From assembly GCF_901765095.1 (NCBI RefSeq), contig NC_044034.1, positions 62,498,339 to 62,562,338 on the forward strand: DNA of 64,000 nucleotides. The letters run 5' to 3'. Of the stretch, positions 45,075-56,829 are shown piece by piece (position 1 is the first letter of the stretch; each line of letters opens with the position of its first letter). A program made the translations under genes and the position numbers. The notes below the pieces were generated by a model. The model searched no databases. It saw nothing but the letters and a program-made list of their open reading frames with translations, and was not told where the DNA came from. The DNA comes from Microcaecilia unicolor. Taxonomy: Eukaryota.

Positions 45075-46604
45075 GGTAAAGAATATTTTTTAATTACACT
45101 TTTTTTTTCCAATCTAAAATATTTTTATTTTGCATAACTCTGTAATAAGAGCACATCTCGCTCACATTTGCCCACGCAGGGGCTCATAAATACTTTACTA
45201 CACTACTACATCTAAAACCAACTCATCACTATATCCACTACAACAAATAACAAGATCATCACAAAGACAACCACCACAGCCCAACTAAACCTTGTACTCC
45301 TCAGATACAACATCCCCCTCCCCTTCACTCTCACCATCTCCAGCTCCAACTCAGCTTAAGAGCACCTCGTGGTTTTTTGGAGCACTCTCTCTCCCCCTCC
45401 CTCTCCACTCCCCTCCCCCCTCCTATAAGGCTCCATTGACCTAAATACTTGTCAATCGCTGTTGTAAGCGAACCCATCTTCCCTTATGTCGCCATGTACC
45501 CTCCCTACGGTAAGCCGTTAGTCTCTCCATTTGTATTAACTGACCCAATTTACATTTCCAATCACCCAATGTCGGGGGATCTACCCTCTTCCAGTACTGT
45601 GCTATGAGGCACTTAGCTGCTGCCAGCTCCCAGCGTAACCATTTCCGCTCCTCCCAAGATTCCCTCTCATTATGTAAGCCCAAGAGACACACCAAAGGGC
45701 TGCACACCAAGGATGATCCAATCAACTTTACTAATACTTTCATAACATCTTGCCAAAAAGGTACCACCCCGGAGCATGACCACCATATATGTATAAAAGT
45801 ACCCCTCTGTGAACCACACCTCCAACATAGATCCGACGCACTGGGGTACATCCTCTTCAATCTCTCAGGTGTGTAATACCATCGGGATAAGACTTTTATA
45901 TGCATTTGCCTGCACCAAAACACATACCGAGGCTTTCTGCACCTCCCCACAAATAACTTCCCACTCCTGATCAGAAAAACAGTAATTTAAATCCTCCTCC
46001 TAAGCCCCCTGAAAACCAAATGGCCTAGGGTCATATTCCCTCAAAAATTTGTATATCACCAGTATTGGTCTGGGAACCTTCTTCAACAAAAGCCACAGAT
46101 TTTCCAGACTCTCCCTTTCCTGTGGATTCCCCCCCCCCCCCAACCCACTGTCCCCATTAACCTAAATTTGTTTATTAATACATTGGAGGTCATTTTTATC
46201 ACTATTTTAATTACTATATTTGTATTTTTAAATTATTGGTATTGTCTTTTACATACACACTTCTTATAAACATTCTTTTAAAACAATTTTATTTTTTTTT
46301 TGGTTAAAATTAATAATACAAATTTTTTTTGGTTAAACTTAATAATATGGTACACAAATGAATATAGGAATTTAAACCCATGTTTACATGTGTTCATTTG
46401 ATTCATTCATCAGAATCAGATATGGATGTTTATACATAGATATGTTCGGTTTATATGTGGTTGGTTTTTATTTATAGATGTTCTTGAACATTTTCACCCA
46501 TTTTGATGGATGGATTTTCTTAAGTTTGTACATACTTTATACACACACATATGTATTCCTAAAGTATTTCTAATTATTTGGTAATGTCCTTTTTATATAA
46601 ATAC

Positions 46605-46900
46605 TAGTAAAAAAGCCCCGTTTCTGATGCAAATGAAACGGGGGCTAGCGATGTTTTCTTCTGTGTGCATGTGGGAGTGTGTGTGTCCCTGCCCTCTGGC
46701 CTCTCTCCCCTCCCCCCTCTGAGTCCTTCACTGTTACAGAGCCAGCGATTTGATTTCGTGCTCTGCTGTTTTCCTTCACTGACTGTGTTACAGAGAGGGC
46801 GGGGCAGACACTCATAGGGAAACCGGATATCTCGCCCCCTTCACACTTCCGGCTGGAGGCTTCATAGAACGTTGGTGTTGCTTTTTATATAGAGAGATTT
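46605..46900. repeat. Second copy of the hairpin-headed unclassified repeat (same family as 2935-3700)
   Basis: Stem-loop 'gccccgtttc ... gaaacggggg', a downstream GT-rich stretch and the shared motif 'agagggcggggcagaca'. Confidence 0.4.
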
Positions 46901-46995
46901 CATGGTGATGCTGTTTTATCATTACACTATATGTTGCCTATGTTGTTTTTATTATCATTATTATTTTGTAATTATTATTATTATTCTCATTTTTA

Positions 46996-48437
46996 TGCCA
47001 CTATCCAGCTTGTTTCCGAAAGAGAAAGACGCCCATATTTCGACCCTAATCGGGAGATGGGCGTCTTTCTCCCGTTTGCGACCAAATCGGTATAATCGAA
47101 AGCTGATTTGGGGCGTCTTCAACTGCACTCCGTTGCAGGAACGACCAAAGTTGACGGGGGCGTGTCGGAGGTGTGGTAAAGGCGGGACTGGGGCGTGGTT
47201 ATCGGCCGAGGAGAGATGGCCGCCTTCGGCCAATAATCGAAAAAAGAAAGGCGGTTTTACTGCAATTTTGGGTCACTTTTTTTGGACCCTTTTTTTTCAT
47301 GAACAAGTCCCAAAAAAGTGCCCCAACTGCCCAGATGACCACTGGAGGGAATCGGGGATGACATCCCCGGGCTCCCCCAGTGGCCACTAACCCCCTCCCA
47401 CCAAAAAAAAAGAACTTGAAAAACCTTTTTTTCCAGCCTGTATGGCAGCCTCAAATGTCATACCCAGCTCCATGACAGCAGTATGCAGGTCCCTGGAGCA
47501 ATTGTTAGTGGGTGCAGTGGACTTCACCCAGGTGGGCACAGGCCCATCTCCCCCTACCTGTTCGAACTTGTGGTGGTAAATGGGAGCCTACCAGACCGCC
47601 CCCAAAACCCACTGTACCCACATATAGGTGCTCCCCATCACCCCTTAGGGCTATGGTAATGGTGTAGAGTTGTGGGCAGTGAGTTTTGGGGGGGATTTGA
47701 GGGGCTCAGCACCCAAAGGAAGGGAGCTATGGACTTGGGAGGTATTTTACTTTCGTTTTTATGCTTTACAAGTGCCCCCTAGGGTGCCCAGTTGCTGTCC
47801 TGGCATGTGAGGGCAGTGGCGTTCCAAGGGGCGCTGACACCCGGGGCAGATCGCCGATGCGCCCCGCCCCCCCGGGTGCAGTGCCCCCCCCCCCGTGCAG
47901 CGCCCCCCCCCCCCCCGGCGAAGGGACACCCCCCCCACCCCGGTGAAAGAACCCCCCCGGTGCACGCCGCTGGTCAGCGTCGTTCGTTTCCATGCTCCCT
48001 CTGCCCCGGAACAGGTTACTTCCTGTTCTGGGGCAGAGGGAGCATGGAAACCAACGACGCTGACCGGCGCGTGGCACCCCCCCCAGCGGCGTGCACCCGG
48101 GGCAGACCGCCCCCACTGCCCCTCCTTGGTACGCCACTGTGTGAGGGGGACCAGTGCACTACAAATCCTGGCCCCTCCCACGACCCAATGCCTTGGATTT
48201 GATTGTTTTTGAGCTGGGCGCCTTCGGTTTCCATTATCGCTGAAAAACGATACTGCCCAGCTCAAATCCGCACAAATTTGATGCATTTGGCCGGCACAAA
48301 CTGTACTATCGAAAAACAAGATGGACGTACATTTTGTTCGAAAATACGGTCTGTCCCGCCTCTTCACGTACCCGTTTTCGGACATAGACACCCATGGAGA
48401 TGGGCGTTCGCGTTCGATTATGCCCCTCCACATGCTT
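46996..48437 (+). repeat. Interspersed repeat R2, copy 1, of about 1.1 kb. It has inverted termini 'cgaaagagaaagacgcccat' and 'atgggcgttcgcgttcg' and many subterminal GACGCCCAT and ATGGGCGTC motifs. The 326 bp MITE at 47814-48139 interrupts this copy.
   Basis: The copy is collinear with 49330-50392. Shared blocks include 'cgtgtcggagg', 'cagatgaccactggag.gaat.ggggatgac', 'cagcctcaaatgtcatac...cagcagtatgcaggtccctggagca', 'gtggtggtaaatg.gagcc' and the terminal 'cgattatgcccctccacat'. Confidence 0.6.
47814..48139. mobile_element. hAT-like MITE of 326 bp with TIR 'CAGTGGCG' and 8 bp TSD 'TGTGAGGG'. The body is a GC-rich palindrome with a ~45 bp-arm hairpin.
   Basis: The element reads 'catgtgaggg|CAGTGGCGttcc...ggtaCGCCACTG|tgtgaggg|ggaccagtg'. 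The central hairpin has 'ggtcagcgtcgttcgtttccatgctccctctgccccggaacagg' and 'cctgttctggggcagagggagcatggaaaccaacgacgctgacc' as its arms, with C-homopolymer-rich flanks. The R2 copy at 49330-50392 provides the empty-site comparison. Confidence 0.7.
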
Positions 48438-48803
48438 TATTACTAGACCCCTGAGGCAGGCGTTATGTAACGCCGAAACACGACCCATGTTGGGTCACTT
48501 ATTAATAGAGGACTCCTGTTGTCTCAGTCTTGAAGGCCCAGTTTTGCTTTTTTTGTTCGTATTCATATATGTAGCAATGGTGTACTCCCTACTGGATGCT
48601 TGTTTGTTTATTTATTAGGATTTATTTACTGCCTTTTTGATGTACCAAGGTCGTGTGAACAAGAAATGTAAAGTTTCTGACCAAACCACCATGTGGTTTA
48701 GGATAATGAAATATACTGACAGTTCATATGTCTGTTACCTAAGTCATGATACTCATTCAGCAAAGACAAAAATATATTTCTTCTTCATGCTATTCATATT
48801 TAG

Positions 48804-48925
48804 AGATTTCTTTGGATAACAGCTCATTGCACAAGATAAAAGCTGGTCTTCTGGATACTTCTGGTAACTCTATCCCCCTTAAAGATATTCATATTAAAGG
48901 AAGAATAATGGATCTAATTGCACAG
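48804..48925 (+). CDS. PARP4: PARP4 exon, linker before the VIT domain
   Basis: Acceptor 'ctattcatatttag|AGATTT' and donor 'GCACAG|gtaatg'. Encodes '(E)ISLDNSSLHKIKAGLLDTSGNSIPLKDIHIKGRIMDLIAQ'. Compare human 'KAGLQDASGNLVPLEDVHIKGRIIDTVAQ'. The phase links exon 44925-45074 to exon 57980. Confidence 0.8.
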
Positions 48926-49329
48926 GTAATGTTTCATTCCTGCCTTTTGTTCTCAGGTTTGCATGTTTTTCTGTTGGAATTAAATTGTTGGTGGTGTGGG
49001 TATTTGTACACAAGTATTCAGAATACAGCCGTTTGGCTGATCTATGGACTTCAAACATATGACCCAATTAGAGCTTTCTACTCTAAATTGCACTGGCTTC
49101 CAATTGAGGCATGAGTACAATTTACATTTAAGCATTACAGTGTCCCAAAATTCTATGTTGAGTTGCTCCATCTTAAATGTCTGACCTGATTTCTTTACTT
49201 CATGGAGCAAATACTGTATTTAATACTCGTAATCTATTTATGTTGCATTTCCCAGCTACAAACAAGTTCCATGAAACAATTGCTTTCTATACCATATCAG
49301 GCAGCAACCATTTGGAACATATTCAGGCT

Positions 49330-50392
49330 TATTTTCGAAAGAGGAGGATGCCCATTTTTCGACACAAATCGGAAGATGGGCGTCCTTCTCACAGGGTCGC
49401 CCAAATGGATATAATGGAAAGCCGATTTTGGGAGTCCCCAACTGCTTTACGTCACGGAGACGACCAAAGTTCCCAGGGGCGTGTCGGAGGCGTAGCGAAG
49501 GCAGGACTTGGGTGTGCCTAACACATGGGCATCCTCGACCCATAATGGGAAAAAAAAGGGCGTCCCTGACGAGCACTTGGACGACTTTATCTGGTCCTCT
49601 TTTTCTAATGAACAAGGCCCAAAAAGGTGCCCATCTCCAGATGACCACTGGAGAGAATTGGGGATGACCTCCCCTTACTCCCCCAGTGGTACCTAACCCC
49701 CTCCCACCCTCAAAAGTCATCTTTAAAAATCTTTTGTGCCAGCCTTTTTGCCAGCCTCAAATGTCATACTCAGGCCCATCACAGCAGTATGCAGGTCCCT
49801 GGAGCAGTTTTAGTGGGTGTATTGCACTTCAGGCAGGTGGACCCAGGCCCATCCCCCCCACACACCTATTACACTTGTGGTGGTAAATGTGAGCCCTCCA
49901 AAACCCACTATACCCATATCTAGGTGCCCCCCTTCACCCGTAAGGGCTATGGTAGTGGTGTACAGTGGTGGGTAGTGGGTTTTGGGGGGCTCAGCACACA
50001 AGGTAAGGGAGCTATGTTCCTGGGAGCAATTTCTGAAGTCCACTGCAGTGCCCTCTAGGGTGCCCGGTTGGTGTCCTGGCATGTGAGGGGGACCAGTGCT
50101 CTATGAATGCTGACTGCTCCCACGACCAAAGGGCTTGCATTTGGTCGTTTTTGAGATGGGCGTCCTTAGTTTCTATTATAGCCGAAAATCAGAAACGACC
50201 AAGTCTAGGGACGACCATCTCTAAGGACGACCTAAATGTCAAGATTTGGGCGTCCCCGACCGTATTATCGAAACGAAAGATGGACGTCCGTCTTGTTTCG
50301 ATAATACGGGTTTCCCTGCCCCTCCACCGGGAAATTTTGTGAAGATGTCCTCAGCAAAACTTGGCGTCCCCTTCGATTATGCCCCTCCACAT
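49330..50392 (+). repeat. Interspersed repeat R2, copy 2. It is uninterrupted at the position homologous to the MITE insertion in copy 1.
   Basis: At the homologous position the copy reads '...gtgcccggttggtgtcctggcatgtgaggg|ggaccagtgctctatg' with a single 'tgtgaggg', so it is an empty site. The terminal motifs match copy 1. Confidence 0.6.
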
Positions 50393-50959
50393 CACTCGCT
50401 ATTAGATCTTTTAGATATTATCTAATATTTAGTAAAAAAAAAAACTGAAAACTTTTCTTTTCCAGAAATATAGATGGGCAGATACTGATTGATTTTTTTT
50501 TTTTTTTTTAAATTATCAACTTTATTTAACTAATTTAATTGAGTTATTGTAACTCCAGACGTAATGACCTGATATCTTGGTTCTGTGATCCACCTTAGTT
50601 GTAATGTAATATAATGTAAAGTATTTGGCTGCACAATTTTATTAAGAACCATTCTGCATATGTAAGACACATTTTACATGTGGAAAAAAAAGCTTTATAA
50701 AATTATCAAGGCTGCACGTCAATCACAATTAATGTAATATATATTGACAGCAATTAAAAATATTAGTCACAGTTAATAAAATTAAGCTCCCGGGGTACCT
50801 TTTCTTCTCCCTGCATGGCCACCATTACTTTCTCCTTCTCTTTCTCTTCTTGTTGCAGCCTGCATTGCTTTCATTGGCTGTTTAGCCCGGGAGTGCCTGA
50901 TTGGCTCTTTGCCCAGTAAGCCAAAGAGGAGTGTCACTATTGGGGAGAGTGCTGAATAT

Positions 50960-51130
50960 CAGCAGGTGCTCCCTCCCCTCTGCTTGCTGCTGCTGCTGCC
51001 TGCCTGCCCACTCCCCTGCCGATGCTTGCCTTCATGTTTGCCCACCTGCCTGCCAGTGCTTGCCTGCCTACTGCTGCTGCTGCTGACTACCTGCCTTCTA
51101 GTGCCTGCCTGCTGCCTGTCTCCACTGGTA
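50960..51130. repeat. CTG/CTGC-rich low-complexity tract
   Basis: The tract reads 'ctgcttgctgctgctgctgcctgcctgcc...ctactgctgctgctgctgactacctgcc' and yields Leu/Cys/Pro-rich pseudo-ORFs at 50901-51322. Confidence 0.7.
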
Positions 51131-52119
51131 AGTACTAGGCATGTGGGCCTCCTCATGGCCACCCTGCTGCAGTCTTGTATCCTTTCTGCCCCCTGCTGCA
51201 GTCTCTCATCCTTTCCGGGTTCCCCCACACCACAGTCCAGCATCCTTTCTGATCCCCCTCCTCCTCCCCCCTCTGTCTCAATCCTGCATCTTCTCAGGGA
51301 CCCCTCCCCCCACCTCCTCTAGACTGCTCCCTGCCTGCATACCTGAATGGTGCCTCAGGCATACAGGCAGGTAGCACACAGTCTGGGGGGAGGAAGAGAG
51401 ATGCTTAAGTGACTACATCTCTCTTCCACTCTGTTCTCCTCCCCCCCCCCAAGGCACTGTGCTGTCTGTCTACATGCCTGATCTGTGAGTCGCAGATCAG
51501 GCATGCAGACAGGACACAGTCTGGGGGGGGGGGGGGAGGACAGGAAAGAAAGACAGAGGCAGTGATGGGGAAGAGGAGGAGGACAGGAGAGAAAGAGATA
51601 CAGTCATTGAGACTGCATCTCTTCCCTCCTTTCCCCCTGTTCTTGTTATGGTTATTTTATTAATAAATACAATATTGTTATTTTAAGTTTTCCTTGCTTC
51701 CTTTGTTTTTAATCGTGTGATTAAACATTTGTAATCAAAACGTACCCCTAAAAACGTAGCCCCTTATAGTTTTGCTGTGTATACTTTTGAAATACTGTAC
51801 AATACAGAGAAGCTGCATGTTTCTTTTGTTATAAAAGTCATCTTATATAAAGAAGCAGAGGTTTGTAGTTTGGGGATCATATCCAACCTTTCAACCAGAT
51901 GAATAGACTGATGCAAAGCCAGAACCCTCTACTGATAGTGATGTAATTGTTCCTTCCAGAGTGATAACTGACCAATTTGGGAGTTTCTTTGTTGAAAGAT
52001 GGGTAGGCTTTTGGAGCCATTTGAGGTCATGAAGTGAGATTTGACATTAGAGAGTGTTGAAATGTTCTAACCTTATGACCCACTCAGCCTTCTAGGGTTA
52101 CTTGTCCTCCATGTGTTGC

Positions 52120-52400
52120 ACAGCACTACAACTACTACTTATCATTTCTTTAGCACTACAAGCCATACGCAGCGCTGCACACCATACACAAAAAGACAGT
52201 CCCTGCGCAAAGACCTTACAATCTGGATAAGAGAGGAGACAGACAGAACAATTAAGGGTAGGGGAATAAAGAGGTGAGGATAAAGGATAGGGCAAGTGAG
52301 CAGTGGTTAGGAGTCAAAAGCAGTGGTAAAGAGGTGGGCTTTAAGTTTGGACTTGAAAACGGCCAAAGAGGGGGCTAGACGTACAGGCTTGGGAAGATGG
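52120..52400 (+). repeat. Unclassified repeat R3, copy 1. The same family recurs at 53285-53880.
   Basis: Shared blocks are 'ctactact.atttc.ttagc.ctacaag.c.tacgcagcgctgcaca...agtccctgc.caaaga.cttacaatct' and 'gtggtta.gagtcaaaagca.tg.taaagaggtgggcttt.agt'. Confidence 0.5.
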
Positions 52401-53085
52401 ATGATTTATGTGGGCCAGTGTTGGCAAGGATTGTGATGAATGAGTCATTGCAAACTGGAATGACGCCAGAGAGTTTAAAATTTGCTACAGTGTTCCCATT
52501 GTTAATTCATCTTTGGTACTCAAATGCTTAAAAATTATAAACCCGTCTCATCTCTCCCAATGCTTGCAAAGGTCATTTAGCATGCGGTTTTGACGTAGCT
52601 CAATGACTTTCTTGAACCTGCTGGGATTTTGGACTCATATGAGTTTGGATTTAGATAGGCCCCAGTACTGAGTCACTCTTGTTGTCTATTGTGGATGTAT
52701 TGAGAGAAGTTTTTTTCATAGTTTGTCTGGATATTTTGGCTGCATTTGATACGTTGATTCTTGCTATTCTGCTGCGTTGTTTAAAAGGATTCGAATTTTT
52801 AGGAGTGGTATGGGAATCGCTTAGTTTATTCTTAAGAGGTAGGAGGCAGGTGATTAGGGTGGGTGATGAGTGTTCTGCTTCAAAACAACTGATTGTTGGA
52901 GTACCAAAGGGTTCTTGTGTGTCTGCTGTATTGTTTACTATTAATCTACGTGATTCCTCTCTGCTATTGCTTAGTATTTATTGGCCTTTTATAGGGTTTA
53001 TACTGGTGATGTGCAGGGCTTTTTTCCCCTTTTTAAATGTCAGTCAAATTGGCATTGGGACAGCTGAGAAACAATATTCATGACA
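52400..53085 (+). mobile_element. Non-LTR (CR1/L2/RTE-type) reverse-transcriptase fragment
   Basis: ORF 52679-53083 has 'VCLDILAAFDTLILAILLRCLKGFEFLGVVWESLSLFLRGRRQVIRVGDECSASKQLIVGVPKGSCVSAVLFTINL'. This resembles the RT motif block 'LDFSKAFDTV...L...G..G..L.W..S.L..R.Q.V......S.......GVPQGSVL.P.LF.I' of CR1, L2 and RTE-type LINEs. Confidence 0.55.
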
Positions 53086-53284
53086 GTGGCCAGCTGGTTG
53101 GAAGATAATAGATTGGTTTTGAATGTTGGGAAATTGGAAGTAATGGTGGTCTCTCAATCTGAGGCAACTGATCTTTCTAGTAGGTTGAGTTAGGTGAATA
53201 GGAAGTTTCTATTATACATCAGGTGTGTAATTTGGGTGGTGGTCTTGACGCAGGCTTGTCCTTTAAACAACAAGTGTGTAAGGT

Positions 53285-53880
53285 GTTTAAGCTACTACTA
53301 TTTAGCATTTCTATAGCGCTACAAGGCGTACGCAGCGCTGCACAAACATAGAAGAAAGTCCCTGCTCAAAGAGCTTACAATCTAATAGCCAAAAAATAAA
53401 AATAAAGTAAGCAAATCAAATCAATTAATGTGAACGGGAAGGAAGAGAGGAGGGTAGGTGGAGGCGAGTGGTTACAAGTGGTTAAGAGTCAAAAGCAATG
53501 TTAAAGAGGTGGGCTTTCAGTCTAGATTTATAGGTGGCCAAGGATGGGGCAAGACGTAGGGGCTCGGGAAGTTTATTCCAGGCACAGGGTGCAGCGAGAC
53601 AGCGCGAAGTCTGGAGTTGGCAGTAGTGGAGAAGGGAACAGATAAGAAGGATTTATCCATGGAGCGGAGTGCACGGGAAGGGGTGTAGGGAAGGACGAGT
53701 GTGGAGAGATACTGGGGAGCAGCAGAGTGAGTACATTTATAGGTTAGTAGAAGAAGTTTGAACAGGATGCGAAAACGGATAGGGAGCCAGTGAAGGGTCT
53801 TGAGGAGAGGGGTAGTATGAGTAAAGCGATCCTGGCGGAAGTTGAAGATGTTTAGTAAGGTGAGGCTCTTTTTGCTTGGA
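53285..53880 (+). repeat. Unclassified repeat R3, copy 2, longer
   Basis: See the feature at 52120-52400. This copy is in the same orientation and flanks a LINE RT fragment. Confidence 0.5.
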
Positions 53881-54189
53881 GAGGATTTTCATTTGTTTGG
53901 TCAGAGTATGATGTTGAGTGATTATTCTAACTCGTTGTACCTAGGATGTTGATTGGTTTAGATTATTCTAACTCGTTGTACCTAGGATTTCCTGCTGGAT
54001 GGATAAAGGCCTTGCAGGTAATACAAAATGTTCTCCATGATATGATCATGTGTTGCCATTGTTCAGCTGCATTGACTTCTTGTGGAAGCTAGGATACAGT
54101 TTAGCCTTTCAGTAGATTAACAATGTGTTCTGGCATGCATATGCTGCTTACCTGACAGGTGCTCTGCACATTTATACACCTGCAAGGTG

Positions 54190-56820
54190 ATTGAGGTCTG
54201 AGGGGGCAGTATTGTTATCCATCCCTAATTTGGCTAGGGTACGTTTTGAGGAGGCTCGGAAGAGTTCCTTATGTTTGGCAAGACCTGTGATATACAATCG
54301 GCTGTTCCATAGCGTCCCACAGATCAATCCAGAGACTTGTGGGTTGCGTCCCTCTACCAGCAGGTTGGAATTGGTTCGTCCGATAGTAGACTCGTTTCTG
54401 GAATCTCCTTGCAAATCTCCCGCCAAGGTGTGGGCAGTTCGTCACACCCTCCTCAACTTACAACAACTGGGAGCTGTCCAGCCTGTACTCCCAGCAGAAA
54501 GAGGGTGCGGTCGATACTCCATTTATTTTGTGATGCCAAAAAAGGGCGGTTCTTGGCGACCTGTCCTAGATCTCAAGTGCTTCAACAGGTCCTTACGGGT
54601 TCGGCATTTCCGCATGGAAACCCTCCGCTCGGTGATCGCAGCGGTACAGCCAGGAGAGTTTTTGACATCTCTCGATCTCAAAGAGGCCTATTTACACATT
54701 CCAATTTGGCCTCTCCACAGTCGTTTTCTTCGCTTTGCAGTGCTCTGTCGTCATTTTCAATTCAAAGCGATGCCCTTCGGCCTAGCCACAGCACTTTGGA
54801 CTTTTGGAAAAGTCCTTTCTGAGATAGGCCGCCACTTCGACAAGGACCTTGGGAAAAGTGGCGGCCTATCTCAGAAAGGAAGGGATTCAAGTCCATCCTT
54901 ATCTAGATGACTGGCTTGTGTGGGCGTCTTCTTTCGAGGAGATTCAATGGGCAACCAACAGAGTGGTCAGGTTGCTTCAGTTGCTTGGTTGCGTGATCAA
55001 CTTCCCAAAGTGCAGCCTTACGCCTTCCCAGACGCTGGAATACTTGGGAGTGTACTTCGATACCCGAACAGAGATAGTTTCTCTTCCTTCAGCTTGAGCG
55101 CAGCGGTTGCAGGGTCAGTTGCGAGCTCTGTTCCAAACTCCGAACCCGCAGACTTGGGACTATGTACAAGTTCTGGGTTCCATGGCCTTCACCTTGGACG
55201 TCGTAAAGTGGGCCAGAGCTCACATGCGCCCCCTGCAGTGGCACCTTCTGAGCCATTGGTCTCCTCTCTGGGAGGATTACGAGGTTCAGGTGCCATATTC
55301 GACCCGTCTGCACACAATCATGCACTTGTGGTTCATTCAAAAGAATCTGGTGTCGGGCATTCTTCTGCAAACCCCAGAATGGAAGATCGTGACCACAGAT
55401 GCGTTGCTGTCTGTTTGGGGGGCTCATTGCCTCCAACAGACGGCCTAGGGCATTTGGACCTCGACGGAGGCGTCTTGGTCCATCAACCGCTTGGAGTTGT
55501 AGGCGATTCGTCTGGCCCTTCGGGAGTTACTGTCTCTTCTGCGTGGTTGCCCAGTTCGAGTTCTCTCGGATAATGTGACGGCGGTCGCCTACGTAAACCG
55601 TCGGGGACACCGGGTGTGCACCACTAGCGTGCGATGCAGCCCTGATTTGCCATTGGGCAGAGACTCATCTCTCTCTCTTGACGGCGGCTCATATAGCGGG
55701 GTAGAGAATATGCAAGCGGACTTTCTCAGTCGCCACCAGTTGGAGCCGGGGGAGTGGACACTCTTCCCTCTGGCCTTAGATCAGATAGCTTCACGTTGGG
55801 GGATGCCGGTGATGGACTTAATGGCCACCACATTCAATGCAAAGTTTCCCCGTTTCTTCAGCAGAGGAAGATAGCTGGGCTCAGAAGGCATCCATGCTCT
55901 TCTACAACCTTAGCCCAGGGGCCTGCTCTATGCCTTTTCCTCTGGCCTATAGTGGGCAGGTTACTGACTCACATTGCCAGTCATTCCGGTCAAGTGATCC
56001 TGGTGGCCCCAGATTGGCCCAAACGTCCCTGGTAAGTTGATATGGTCAGGCTCCTGTTCGATCGTCCGCTCCGGCTCCAGGCGCAGGATGGTCTCTTGCT
56101 GCAGGGACCAGTCATGATGGAGGATCCCTCCCCCTTTGGTCTTACGGCCTGGCCCTTGAAAGGGCGAAGTTGAGAAGGAAAGGATATCTGGATGTGGTTA
56201 TCGCTACGAAGCTTCAGGCTCGGAAAAGATCCACCTCGATAGCTTATGCTAGGGTGTGGCATACTTTCGATTCATTGTGTGCAAGTTCGGGATTGTCAAC
56301 GGCTTTGGCTTCGGTATCGGTTATCCTCGTATTTCTTCAGGATGGTGTACAGAAATCATTCTCATTGAGTTCTCTTAAGGTGCAGGTGGCAGCTCTGGCA
56401 TGCTTTAGAGGCCAACTTCAGGGGGTGTCGATCGCCTCCCACCCGGATGTGGTTCGTTTTTTGAGGGGCGTAAATTGGTTGCGTCCTCCGCATGTGCCAG
56501 TTCTGCCATCCTGGAACCTTAATCTAGTTCTCAAAGCGCTTCAGCGTCCTCCTTTCGAACCCTTATGGGGATTACGGTTAAGGATTTTACCTTGAAGGCA
56601 ATTTTCCTAGTAGCCGTTACTTCAGCTCGGAGAATTTCAGAGTTGCAGGCTCTTTCTTGCAGAGACCCCTTCCTGCGTTTTACAGAGGCAGGAGTATCGA
56701 TTAGGACAGTTCTTTCGTTTTTGCCCAAGGTGGTTTCTTGTTTCCATTTGGGGCAGTCTCTGTATTTGCCGACTTTTCGCCGGGAAGACGTGGGATGTAC
56801 CCAAGTAGTCCTCAAGTAGG
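54190..56820 (+). mobile_element. DIRS-like retrotransposon copy 2. It is 5' truncated with no gag, frameshifted, and its YR is truncated at 56819.
   Basis: ORFs 54191-54910 ('YSIYFVMPKKGGSWRPVLDLKCFNRSLRV...LDLKEAYLHIPIW'), 54849-55097 ('HPYLDDWLVWA'), 55107-55448 and 55575-55874 (RNase H 'VTTDALLSVWGAH', 'AVAYVNRRG'), 55754-56035 ('VILVAPDWPKRPW') and 56170-56819 (YR N-terminus and middle, 'VTSARRISELQAL') lie in successive frames. Together they are collinear with the intact copy at 37315-40331. Confidence 0.8.
54190..56820 (+). pseudogene. DIRS RT, RNase H and YR pseudogene segments (copy 2)
   Basis: Multiple frameshifts separate the domain pieces and the 3' end of the YR is missing on this strand. 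Confidence 0.7.
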
Positions 56821-56829
56821 GCGGGACAC

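Noticed and set aside
46902-47454. Several 60-160 aa ORFs over repeat R2, for example 46902-47390
   Set aside because: They overlap each other on both strands inside a repeat with dense inverted motifs, and the homologous copy at 49330-50392 does not conserve them. They are not coding.
50901-51374. Leu/Cys/Pro-rich ORFs of 61-137 aa
   Set aside because: They are products of a CTG/CTGC low-complexity tract and a C/T-rich stretch. Splice sites and domain signatures are absent.
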